This document shows positions 49,319 to 59,200 of a DNA stretch of 64,000 nt, in pieces; within the stretch, counting starts at the first letter, position 1; every line of letters starts with the position of its first letter. This stretch comes from a virus (Duplodnaviria; Caudoviricetes), in the IMG/VR virus record IMGVR_UViG_3300028048_000001, positions 128,001 through 192,000 of that record, one strand, 5' to 3'. Position numbers and translations under genes: made by a program. The notes beneath the pieces were generated by a model. The model worked only from the letters and a program-made list of their open reading frames with translations. It did not search any database and was not told the origin of the DNA.

Positions 49319-51598
49319 TTATTCTTGTTCTGGAGCATGACTCATATCTTCAGTAAAAGCGATACCATTAATCATAATAGCATTTTTCTTTTTAATTTCT
49401 TCTATTTCATATAGAGTTTTATACCAATGATTAAAATCATATCCTTCCTCCATAAATTCAATTGCATCAATTGGATCTTCTGGAGATCTTTCATAAAATT
49501 CTAATGCTGGAATTAATGCTGCATATTTTTTATGCTTTTTGATCTTCTTAAAAACCAATCTGTATCCCATGGTTTTTAATCTAGTATTAAGAATTTCAGC
49601 AGATCTATTTTTTGCTTTATAATCTAATTTGATATCTACATTATATGGATCACCAACTGCTGCTTCTTCAACTAATCTTCTACCATGTGGGGATAAAGAA
49701 TGAAGAAGTAAATTAATTACAACATATTCTGTTCCCATATGATCAAAATCACCAGATTCCATTTGACCAAATTTTATAGGTGTATTAGAATTAGGCTCTC
49801 TATAATTCTTACTTGCTTTACTTTTAGTATTTTCATTTTTAATATTAGTAGAACTTAAACTAGCAGCAGAAAATTTTTCTTCAGCAAACTGTTTAAGCCT
49901 TAAACAATATATCGGAGCAGCTATCATTGGTCTTCTTGATTTTATAAATCTATAATTTCCTCGTGAATCTACAATAGGAACCATCAAATATGATTGGCTA
50001 ATCCATGGAAATTCTTTATACAACATTCCTAATTTATCTATATCCATAGTTTCAGATATAGGATTATTAGAAATTGGAATACATGTTTTCTGTAATATAC
50101 TTTCTAAAAAGTATATCATAGACTGTCTATCATATGAGTTTACATAAACCTTCATTTCTTCATACTGTTTAGGAGATTGCAATTTGATAAATTTCATAAT
50201 ATCATCCATTGCAGCATCTATATCATCTCCATAATATCCAGATCTTATTCTGTCAAGAATACACATAGAAATATAATTAATTTCTAATTCAAATATTTGT
50301 CCAGCATTTTCTCTGTTATACATTGTAGAAGAATTTTTAATCATTTCTACAGGTGTTCCATTAGCCATTTTAGGCATTAATTCACTTGGAATAATTTTAG
50401 ATATTACACCTTTTCCACCATATCTGTCTGCTACTTTATCTCCTATTCCTAATGGTCTATTCTCCATAACAGTAAATTCAATTCTGATATTAGAGAACAA
50501 CTTTTTCTCCATAAATTTCTTACCATTAACTTCAGAGACTGCTCTAGAATATAATTTATCTAATCTATATGTAAGTTTATATCCCTGTGCTTTATAAGGT
50601 CCAACAGCATCCATAATCTCTGTACACATTCTAATCCTATCCTTATAATAGGCATAAAACTGCTGATTATATGTAGACTTAGAAATATATTCAGGATTAT
50701 TACAATAAAGCTGAATATCAATTACTTTTCCTTTAATAGTAATTTTATCATCAGACATCATCATCTGTTGTAACCTAGATACAGATTGTGTATAGATTGC
50801 TTCTTCTCTTTTTTCCCTACGATAAGCAAGAAGAATTCCATCTTTAACATCTTCTCCAATATCTGGAAATACTTTATAAATAGAATCGTTTCCATAAATA
50901 TTAAGAGGAATATCATTTTCATTTAAGATAATTTCTACTGTACGAATAAGAGGTGCAGAGAGCTTTTGAGAACAAGTATCAGAGATAATTACAGAATCTT
51001 CCATATTATGATCAAGAGCCATATAAGCAGTATTTACATTATATCCATCTGCTTTATTCCCATAAGCATCAAAACCAGTAGAACGTCTAAGAATTGTATT
51101 AGGCGGTATAATAGAGCCAGGAACAGAATAAGCATCTAATGTAGAATTATTATAAAGAAATCCATAACATTCGGTTTGATATTTATATGATACTCTTTCA
51201 ATAACATCAAGACAATTAGATTCTGTATCTTTTACTATTAAATAATAATGATGATTTGGTGCATAAGAAAATTTAGAAATCTTAGCAAGTACTTCTATAG
51301 GAGAAAAAGATGATGCTCGATGTGAATTATCATTTTTTTCATGAGCAAATAATTCAGAAGAATTAATAATAGAAGAAGATCTCTCTCCAAAACGATTCTC
51401 AAAACCTGTACCAAGATATGGAGGCTGAGCTTGTGAAAGTGTAAGATGATGGCTTTCATGTACAGCATGCATCAGCTTCCTCGCACCGCTATTTGTAGCA
51501 CTATTTGGTTGTAATAACCCTTTTGCTAATATTTGTTCTTTTGTTTCTAAATTAGAATAACTTTCTTGTACTTGTTCAATAAAATTATTTGATTTCAT
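49319..51598 (-). CDS. phage multisubunit RNA polymerase beta subunit, C-terminal half
   Basis: NSGARKLM, NMEDSVIIS, GDKVADRYGGKGVIS, RENAGQIFE, RLKQ, KFGQME motifs. Confidence 0.92.
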   Translation of the reverse strand: MKSNNFIEQVQESYSNLETKEQILAKGLLQPNSATNSGARKLMHAVHESHHLTLSQAQPPYLGTGFENRFGERSSSIINSSELFAHEKNDNSHRASSFSPIEVLAKISKFSYAPNHHYYLIVKDTESNCLDVIERVSYKYQTECYGFLYNNSTLDAYSVPGSIIPPNTILRRSTGFDAYGNKADGYNVNTAYMALDHNMEDSVIISDTCSQKLSAPLIRTVEIILNENDIPLNIYGNDSIYKVFPDIGEDVKDGILLAYRREKREEAIYTQSVSRLQQMMMSDDKITIKGKVIDIQLYCNNPEYISKSTYNQQFYAYYKDRIRMCTEIMDAVGPYKAQGYKLTYRLDKLYSRAVSEVNGKKFMEKKLFSNIRIEFTVMENRPLGIGDKVADRYGGKGVISKIIPSELMPKMANGTPVEMIKNSSTMYNRENAGQIFELEINYISMCILDRIRSGYYGDDIDAAMDDIMKFIKLQSPKQYEEMKVYVNSYDRQSMIYFLESILQKTCIPISNNPISETMDIDKLGMLYKEFPWISQSYLMVPIVDSRGNYRFIKSRRPMIAAPIYCLRLKQFAEEKFSAASLSSTNIKNENTKSKASKNYREPNSNTPIKFGQMESGDFDHMGTEYVVINLLLHSLSPHGRRLVEEAAVGDPYNVDIKLDYKAKNRSAEILNTRLKTMGYRLVFKKIKKHKKYAALIPALEFYERSPEDPIDAIEFMEEGYDFNHWYKTLYEIEEIKKKNAIMINGIAFTEDMSHAPEQE

Positions 51599-51684
51599 TT
51601 TTATTATTTCTCCTTATTAATTATAAAATTGTAATGTATATAATAAAAAATGAATATCATACATATCATATTTATAATATATAT

Positions 51685-52416
51685 TTAATCTTTAATTTGA
51701 TCCTGAGAGATTGGTCTTCCAAATTCATCTAAAAAATAAATAGCATTAATAGGATTTCTATTATCTTTTCTTCCTCTCATTGCTTCTTCAAAATCCCATC
51801 CTCTTTGAATCCTTACTCTTGCAGTATTAGTATTAACTCCAAAAGCTCTAGTCCAATCTGTAAGGGTCATATCATGATTATTATAATTAATTATTACATT
51901 TGATCTTGTATTATTTGTTTGAACAATTCTTGGAGCCCATCTACAATTTTCTGGAGTATAATTTCTATTAGGATCTATTCTATCTAAAGTCCATCCATTT
52001 ACATATGTTGGAGCCATATCTGAATAAAAATTCATAAATCCATCTTCTTCATCTAACCATCTTTGACAAACTATAATTCCTCTTCCACCATAATTCTTAT
52101 AATCTTTATTTTTAGGATTATAACACCTAGATTTCATAGCAATATAATGCATATACTCTTTTGTTTTAGATAATCCATGTGTAGTTCCAGCCGGATAATC
52201 TTTTTTATAGCAACCACAGCTAATTGTAGGTCTATTAGTTTTTGTAAGTGCATGACCTGCTACAATGGTTTCATTTCCACATTCACATTTGCATTTAAAC
52301 ATTTTAACAGTATGCCCATTAGGTTCTCTATGAATAGGAGCTTCTTCTATTACAGTAAGTCTTCCATATTTATCTCCTATTTCTACATGTTTATATCCAT
52401 TTTTATCAATAATCAT
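51685..52416 (-). CDS. free-standing HNH homing endonuclease
   Basis: GRLTV, CKCECG, SCGC, YGGRGI.VC.RW, LDRIDPNRNYTPENCRWA. Confidence 0.88.
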   Translation of the reverse strand: MIIDKNGYKHVEIGDKYGRLTVIEEAPIHREPNGHTVKMFKCKCECGNETIVAGHALTKTNRPTISCGCYKKDYPAGTTHGLSKTKEYMHYIAMKSRCYNPKNKDYKNYGGRGIIVCQRWLDEEDGFMNFYSDMAPTYVNGWTLDRIDPNRNYTPENCRWAPRIVQTNNTRSNVIINYNNHDMTLTDWTRAFGVNTNTARVRIQRGWDFEEAMRGRKDNRNPINAIYFLDEFGRPISQDQIKD

Positions 52417-52715
52417 AATATTATCTCCTATAAATATATTTTATTTTTATATTATATTGTTGTAAAGTTAATAAAGTTTTAATAATCCTGAATTAATAAA
52501 TAATGTATTTTCATTATTAATTAAAAAAGAAAATAGAAATTAATTTCTCTTCTCACTATTATCAATTTATATTTAATATCTATTTGAAAGGAAGAAATCC
52601 TAAAATTATTCCAGAGGAGATTACTCTCCTCTGGTTTCTTTATCTTTATTTGCTATTAATTTTTAACGCTAATAATATAAATATATCTCTAGAGAAAAAT
52701 CTCTAGAGATATATT

Positions 52716-53342
52716 TTAACCTATTAATTTCTGAATATCAATTAAATAAGAATATAATCCAGCTGTACCAGCATTATCTTTTGTTACTAATATATAGCCA
52801 TCTTCTGTACTTTTAAAATTAGCACTAGAATAAGGTTCTGGATTTGCAGTATATACAACACGAATTCCAGAAATATTATTAGCAGATGTTCGTTCTTCTT
52901 CAGGAATTTCTAATATATTAACAGTGGTAAATATACTTCTAAATCTTGTTCCAACAATTCCTCCAAGAAGTAACATATATGATTTATTAGCTTCTACTTC
53001 ATATATATCAGAATAGGATACTGTATCTCCTCCCCATCTCCATTGATCCGCATATACATATCCAGTTGAATCATCATATGCAATTGGAGAAACTATACCA
53101 GGAAAAGAATTAATTTCTATTTCAGAAAATCCATCTAAATTATAATTAGATGCATTATATGTACCATTTTGATCAAAATATTGAGTTCCTAGTATAAATG
53201 GGTTTATTTGATTTATTCCAGAAATAAAATCTTGAGGAAAAGATAAAGTATTATTGTTATTTAATTTTTGACGTATTTTATTAGCAATAGATGTAAGGTC
53301 AGAATTTAATTTTGCTGAATCTATAAAAGAATATGTTGGCAT
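52716..53342 (-). CDS. fibre-associated protein, paralog A
   Basis: LNSDLTSIANKIR...LSFPQDFIS helix; aligns with 53369-53992. Confidence 0.65.
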   Translation of the reverse strand: MPTYSFIDSAKLNSDLTSIANKIRQKLNNNNTLSFPQDFISGINQINPFILGTQYFDQNGTYNASNYNLDGFSEIEINSFPGIVSPIAYDDSTGYVYADQWRWGGDTVSYSDIYEVEANKSYMLLLGGIVGTRFRSIFTTVNILEIPEEERTSANNISGIRVVYTANPEPYSSANFKSTEDGYILVTKDNAGTAGLYSYLIDIQKLIG

Positions 53343-53368
53343 TTTATATTCACATCCAATCGATTTTA

Positions 53369-53992
53369 TTAATTATCTGGTATTGTTTTTATTATTTTAA
53401 ATAAATAACTAATTATTCCAGATACACCCTGATTATCTTTTTGTATTATTACATATCCATCTTCTGTACTTTTAAAAGATTTGAATGTATATGGTGATGG
53501 ATCATTTAGATGTTGTATATTAATTCCTTTAACTGTAGCTGCTTGAGTTTCATTTATATTTATTGTACTAAACATGACTCTGAATCTAGTTCCGACAACA
53601 GAACCTATAGCTATCATATAGTTAGTATTGGCTTCTACTTCATATATATCAGAATAGGATACAGTTATGCCACCTCTTGTCCAAGTTCCACTTGCAACGT
53701 ATCCTAATGAATTATCAAAATCAATAGGAATAATAAGTCCAGGATGAACATCTACTATTATATTAGAATACCCATCTAAATTATCTTCATGTGCATTAAA
53801 TATACCATTTGATATAATATTTTTAGGACCATCTATATTATATGGATTTATTTGTTCTATTTGAGAAATAAAATCAGATGGAAATGATAACTTATTTGAA
53901 CTTGGTAAATCTCTTCTATCTCTTATAGTATTAGCTATTAAAGTAAGATCAGAATCTAATTGAGAAGCATCAACATAAGCATCTATAGGCAT
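53369..53992 (-). CDS. fibre-associated protein, paralog B
   Basis: shares TVSYSDIYEVEAN, GTRFR and FKSTEDGY with paralog A. Confidence 0.65.
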   Translation of the reverse strand: MPIDAYVDASQLDSDLTLIANTIRDRRDLPSSNKLSFPSDFISQIEQINPYNIDGPKNIISNGIFNAHEDNLDGYSNIIVDVHPGLIIPIDFDNSLGYVASGTWTRGGITVSYSDIYEVEANTNYMIAIGSVVGTRFRVMFSTININETQAATVKGINIQHLNDPSPYTFKSFKSTEDGYVIIQKDNQGVSGIISYLFKIIKTIPDN

Positions 53993-54268
53993 TTAGTATT
54001 CTCCTCCATTCCAAATTGTAAGAGATAAAAGATTTACTAGTTGTGTCATTTGAGCAGCTGTAACTGTAACTTCATCTTGTGTATCCTTCGCTAGAACCAG
54101 TGATGTTGAAGATTTTTTATTTATATCAGAATCTATAGAAGAGATTTTTGTTTCAAGGTCAGATCCATCGTCAAATTCTATAGATTCTGCTTTTGTCCAA
54201 TATGATAATGGCTTATAGCCGGTTCCAGATAATAATACATGACGCTTTGCTTTCACGTAATTACCCAT
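53993..54268 (-). CDS. stand-alone homolog of the giant fibre N-terminus
   Basis: MGNYVKAKRHVL..GYKPLSYWTKAESIEFDDG versus MAGFVKTKRHVL..GYKTISQWSNANSVEMDNG. Confidence 0.7.
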   Translation of the reverse strand: MGNYVKAKRHVLLSGTGYKPLSYWTKAESIEFDDGSDLETKISSIDSDINKKSSTSLVLAKDTQDEVTVTAAQMTQLVNLLSLTIWNGGEY

Positions 54269-54374
54269 TTTTATACTACTCCACTTCTACATAATTATAT
54301 ATAAAGTATTATTTAGAAGTGATTAAAAGATAAAAAGAGAAGGAATAGTTCTCCTTCTCTTTTTATATTAAAAA

Positions 54375-54881
54375 TTAATTATATTTATATATTGGATTAT
54401 CAAGATCTATAGTATGTTTACAATCAAGAATTCTTTGATTTTTACTTCCTCTAAATTTAAGAGTTACATCTTTTAATTCTTCTATAAATCTACCATATAC
54501 TAAATAATCTACTAATTTAATAATTTCTTTTTTCTTTTTATCAATTCTTATCTCATCTATATTATATCCAGTAAATAACCAGAAAGTTTTTGTATCTTTA
54601 AACTCATATCTCAATCTTTCTAGTATTAATATTACTGAATCAATATTGAAATCTGCTAATGGTTCTCCTCCAAGAATAGAAATTCTTTTAATATAATTTC
54701 TTTTTCCTAGAGTAATAAATTCTTCTAAAATATCATCAGTAAATTCAGATCCTCCATATTCATACCATGTTTCAGGATTAAAACATCCTTTACAATGAAG
54801 AGGACATCCTTGAACAAATAATGATATTCCTATTTGTGAACCATTACAAATTTCAAATTTATCTATTCCAGCATATCTCAT
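54375..54881 (-). CDS. nrdG: anaerobic ribonucleotide reductase activase (radical SAM)
   Basis: LFVQGCPLHCKGCFNPETW, ILGGEP, FRGSKNQR; probable start MRYAGI. Confidence 0.93.
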   Translation of the reverse strand: MRYAGIDKFEICNGSQIGISLFVQGCPLHCKGCFNPETWYEYGGSEFTDDILEEFITLGKRNYIKRISILGGEPLADFNIDSVILILERLRYEFKDTKTFWLFTGYNIDEIRIDKKKKEIIKLVDYLVYGRFIEELKDVTLKFRGSKNQRILDCKHTIDLDNPIYKYN

Positions 54882-54898
54882 AATGAGCCTGCCTTTTA

Positions 54899-57800
54899 TT
54901 ATCTTTTCCAAGATTTAAGCATTTTTGAATGTTTATATCTCATATCTGCTTCTTGCTGTTTACCAAGATTAAATGATTTATGATAATCTCCAGTAAGATA
55001 TCCAGTAACTCTGCGAAGTCTTTGAATATCAGATGATCCACAAATTGGACAATTATCATTAATTTCATCAGTATATCCACAATTCATACAAGTATCAGAT
55101 GGAACATTTATTGCAAAATAAGGAACATCCTTATCCATAGCATAAATAATAATATCTTCTAATGCTTCAAGATTATTTTTAGCAGATGATTCTATTTCTA
55201 CATATGTAATACAACCTGCAGAAGAATATCCTGTTAATTGAGATTCTATATCAATTTTTTCAAAAGGATCAATTTCTTTCCATACAGGAACATGAATACT
55301 ATTCGTAAAATAAAGTTTATCTGATACATTAGGAATAGTTCCATATTTTTCTTTAAACTTAGTCATGGCAGTATATACTAATGTTTCTGCAGGTGTATAA
55401 TATACACCAAAATTAAGTTTATATTTCTGTTTAAATTCTGCACATCTATCTTTAAATAATTGTTCAATTCTTTTAGCTAATTCCATACCTTTTGGTTCAG
55501 TATGATCACATCCTATAAGAATTTGAAGAGTTTCTGCTAAACCAACTTGACCTAATGCTAAAGTTCCATGTTTAAGTGCAGATCTTGTATCTTTACCATC
55601 ATAACCAAGCATTACTTTATTACCATACATGAATTTAGCACATTCTGCTGGTTGAGCACAAATCCACTCAAATCTTTCAATCAATTCATCTTTAGCATCA
55701 TTAATATAATGATCAAGAAGATTCATAAATTCTTCAATAATATCAGAATTTTTCTTTAATGATTCTTCTTTTGCCATCATAGCGATAGTTGGCATAATTA
55801 CAGTAACAGGACAAATATTTCCTCTTCCATCTTTAGTTTGTGGATTAACATCTGGATCATGATTTATATCATAACCATTTACTGTCCTACACATTTTACC
55901 CTTTATCACTAAAGGAACTGACTATATCATCATTTAAATATGGGATTTAAATGTCCTCCGCTTCGAATATGTGCTTATCTCATATTCTACTCTCTTACAT
56001 TCATCAGAGATAGTCGATACACTTTCAATCAAGAATAGTAATTTTATTATCATTAATATTAATGATAACTCCCCATTTACTATATATACAATATTCAATT
56101 CTCTTGATTGCTTAGCACGGTCTCAACTTTAATAATATTTTATTATTGCATAAATAATAAAGTCCTAACCGTTAGCAGCTTATAATTAAGCTACACCCAT
56201 TAAGCATGGTTCAAAGGATTTTATATGGGCTGTAGTTCTAGACTTACCCATAGTTGCAAATTCTGTTTTTGGATCATTTGGATCATATCCAGCATTGCCA
56301 GACCAATCTACATTTGCATAATTAGGATATAATCGTTTAGCTGTACACTTAACAGCTAATTTAAATATATCATAATTAGGATCTCCTGGATGCTTATTAA
56401 TGCCATTTTTTAATTTATAAATACAACAAGGAAATATTGGAGTTCTATGAACTTCTCCAATTCCTTTAATAGATTCTTCTAAAAGAGCAATAGATATCAT
56501 TCTTCCTTCTGGAAGAGTACATGTACCATAGTTAATTGAGGAAAAAGGTCAAATGTTATCTTATAGACTTTTTATTCTATAATTCTTACAATTTCTTGTA
56601 AGGTCGGCGTACATATTCACCATGGTATTTTACTACTTTAGGTATGGGTACTCTTGGATGGATTATTATATTCTTCACCATCTACGCTCTACAATGTCAG
56701 TTTACCTTTTAAATTAAACTGATTATCTCGGTATTAACATAATATATTAAATTTAAATTAATATATCTTAGCCTTCACCGATTTTACCCAATTCATCTTA
56801 TATATTTCTATATAAGCGGCCACCAATTTAGCTGAGATAATTTTATTATCTTATAGACTTTTTATTCTATAATTCTGGAAATCGCTTTCATACTCTACAT
56901 ACCTTTATTAGTAGAGATACGTCTGTCAATTCAGACCAGTTTGGCATAAATTTTTACCCTCGTTTAACGTTAGGTTTGTCTGCGATCAACTCAGACTCAT
57001 ATAGTGCTATACACTATAGTATTCGACACTCGTGGGAGTATTATATTTATTCAACTCCTATGCTCTACAATACTAATTATCCTTACGTAATATAATTAGT
57101 TATCTCGGTATTGTCACAAATAATTTTATATTCTTCAAATTTTCTTCTTAAAAATAAATTTTGTGCAAAATTATATATATTATTTTGTGAGTTTTACCGA
57201 TTTTGCCGAATTAATCTAATATATTTCTATATTAGTGGGCCCTCATTTGACCCGATCTACTCTGCAGTGTGTTAAGATTATGGTACATGGCTTCTATAGA
57301 TTGATAAACTTCTCTTTTTGTCATATCCATAGCATAATTATATGCTTTAGAATATTTCTTATACCAATCATCTTCTATAGAAATTTCTTTAATATTTTTA
57401 TTAATAGGGTTTTTATATTTATCTATTAATTCTTCTTTATTTTCTACATATTTTAATCCATCTCTAAAATGTTTATTAAAGCTTTTTCTTACAAATGGAA
57501 CCATTGTCCAGTCGAGGTGCGTGGCACTAACTCCCATTACTCTTTATATTTCTATAAAGTCTGACTATATCTTCTTTATTCTATTGAATAAAGTCTCGCA
57601 CTTGGGTAATAGATATTTTATATCTACTATGTGGTCTTGATACCACTCCTACTCCCTTACATTCATCAGGGATAGTCGATACATTAAGGAAATAATACAA
57701 TATATTTATTTACTCTTTTTCTATAATTATTATTTCTAAAAGTTGAAGATTTCCTTAACACGGTATTACCATATCTATATTTATATAGACTTAGGCTCTC

Positions 57801-58571
57801 TTACCACTTTAATCTTTCGATTTGGTTGACCGTTAGCAATTTATTATAAAAATAAATCACACCCTATATCTATAGGTTCACGAGATTTTACTTCGGCAGA
57901 GTATATTATTTACCGAATTCCTCTAGACTTTGAATTTGAAATATAACTGCTACTAATTGAAAAGCAGTACTTACTGTCTGTGGAGGTCTAATATCATTTT
58001 TTGAATTTCCTTTTAATGCAAACCCTTTTTCAAATAACATATCAAAAGGAACACTCATGCAATTATGCATTCCTACTACATATCTGTCTAAATCATGAAT
58101 ATATACTATATTATTTCTATGATTATCAGCATGTCTTTTAGACATATATTCATCTAATGCTAATTCTTTCATTATAGCATTATCTGCTTCACCAATTCTT
58201 CCACCAAAACTTGCTTCATCTATATTAGCATTCTGATTTTGAACGTTAGACGCAGCAAGTTTTTCTTTAATAATTTTTCTAATATTTGACTTTTTTTCTC
58301 TTTCTTTAGTACGTTCATTTCTATAAGTAATATAAGCTCTTGCTACATCTTTTCTTACATCCATAAGAGCTTCTTCTACTTTGTCTTGAATTTGTTCTAC
58401 AGAAAGATTTTCATTTAAATCATAAATATTTTGTGCAATTTTTCCAGCTTCAATAAGAGCTTCTTCAGTGCATATACCATCTACAGCATTAAATGCTTTA
58501 ATAACAGCAGTTGATATTTTATTTTTATCAAATGATTGCATTGATCCATCTCGTTTTTCTACATAAAGCAT
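54899..58571 (-). CDS. nrdD: class III anaerobic ribonucleotide reductase, 5 exons (58571-57912, 57534-57250, 56837-56830, 56549-56246, 55891-54899), 749 aa after splicing
   Basis: ATP-cone, YIHDLD, HNC; splicing restores FGGVSATH, RSGSQLPFSSINYG and MGCRT; YTPAE, CxxC..CxxC, RRVTGYL; exons total 2250 nt. Confidence 0.92.
55892..56245 (-). mobile_element. group I intron nrdD-I4 (354 nt, no ORF)
   Basis: P1 augggU/Gcccau, P10 uguag/cuaca, R gacua, S gauauaguc, terminal G; splits MG|CRT. Confidence 0.9.
56550..56829 (-). mobile_element. group I intron nrdD-I3 (280 nt, no ORF)
   Basis: P1 gcU/Ggc, P10 acc/ggu, P7 ga-gcgua/uacgcc, terminal G. Confidence 0.85.
56838..57249 (-). mobile_element. 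group I intron nrdD-I2 (412 nt, no ORF, apparent terminal A)
   Basis: P1 gggU/Gccc, P10 ucuca/ugagg, P7 ga-gcaua/uaugcc. Confidence 0.8.
57535..57911 (-). mobile_element. group I intron nrdD-I1 (377 nt, no ORF)
   Basis: P1 uucggU/Gccgaa, P10 ggagu/acucu, R gacua, S aagauauaguc, terminal G. Confidence 0.9.
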
Positions 58572-58687
58572 AAGAAAAATATCTCCCTCCTTAAAAATAT
58601 ATTAATGATTAATACAAAGTTCTACTGTATATACGAATTGAAAAAAAAAATAAAGAGGGTTTCCCACTCTTTATTTTTTTACACATT

Positions 58688-59182
58688 TTATGTATTTTTA
58701 TATTTCTCCCAAAACTCCTGTGTGTCATACATATTATCTATGATATAATCTTTCATATCTTCATGCTTAATCTTCTGATTATCCCATTTTTTATTATATC
58801 TATCTTTCATTTCACTATAGATAGATGTAATAGGATAATTAAAAGGAAACGCATGAGAAAAATCTGTAGGAGTTATTACATAACCTACAGGTAATTTATC
58901 ATAATTGTGTATATTCATGATATCATCAAATATCTCAGTGGTTATCATCAACACTTCAGCAGGAGTTTCTGCACAAGCAGAAATAATGATCAGTAATTCA
59001 TCAGGAATCACTACATCAACTTTTGCCCAAGCAAGTCTCTTGATAAGAATTTCTGCAAAAAACACATTCTTCATGATTTCTTCTCTTTTACTTGTGAGAT
59101 CTTCCACTGAAACATGTTTATTTGTTTTCATAAACCATGAAATAAATACTAAATTTAAATTTTCAATCAAATCGTTTTTCAT
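58688..59182 (-). CDS. hypothetical protein
   Basis: aaggag RBS. Confidence 0.7.
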   Translation of the reverse strand: MKNDLIENLNLVFISWFMKTNKHVSVEDLTSKREEIMKNVFFAEILIKRLAWAKVDVVIPDELLIIISACAETPAEVLMITTEIFDDIMNIHNYDKLPVGYVITPTDFSHAFPFNYPITSIYSEMKDRYNKKWDNQKIKHEDMKDYIIDNMYDTQEFWEKYKNT

Positions 59183-59200
59183 TTTATAACTCTCCTTTAA

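Noticed and set aside
41484-51598. Introns or inteins in the RNAP subunits or ligase
   Set aside because: ORFs are continuous, of expected size, with no intein terminal motifs seen.
56550-57249. One large intron or a nested twintron
   Set aside because: Two complete P7 cores lie in series, each with its own P1 and P10; direct joining of exons 2 and 4 is out of frame.
54899-58571. nrdD as a fragmented pseudogene or a case of stop-codon reassignment
   Set aside because: Gaps carry group I intron cores and exact splicing restores the frame; TAA, TAG and TGA all end genes normally elsewhere in the window.
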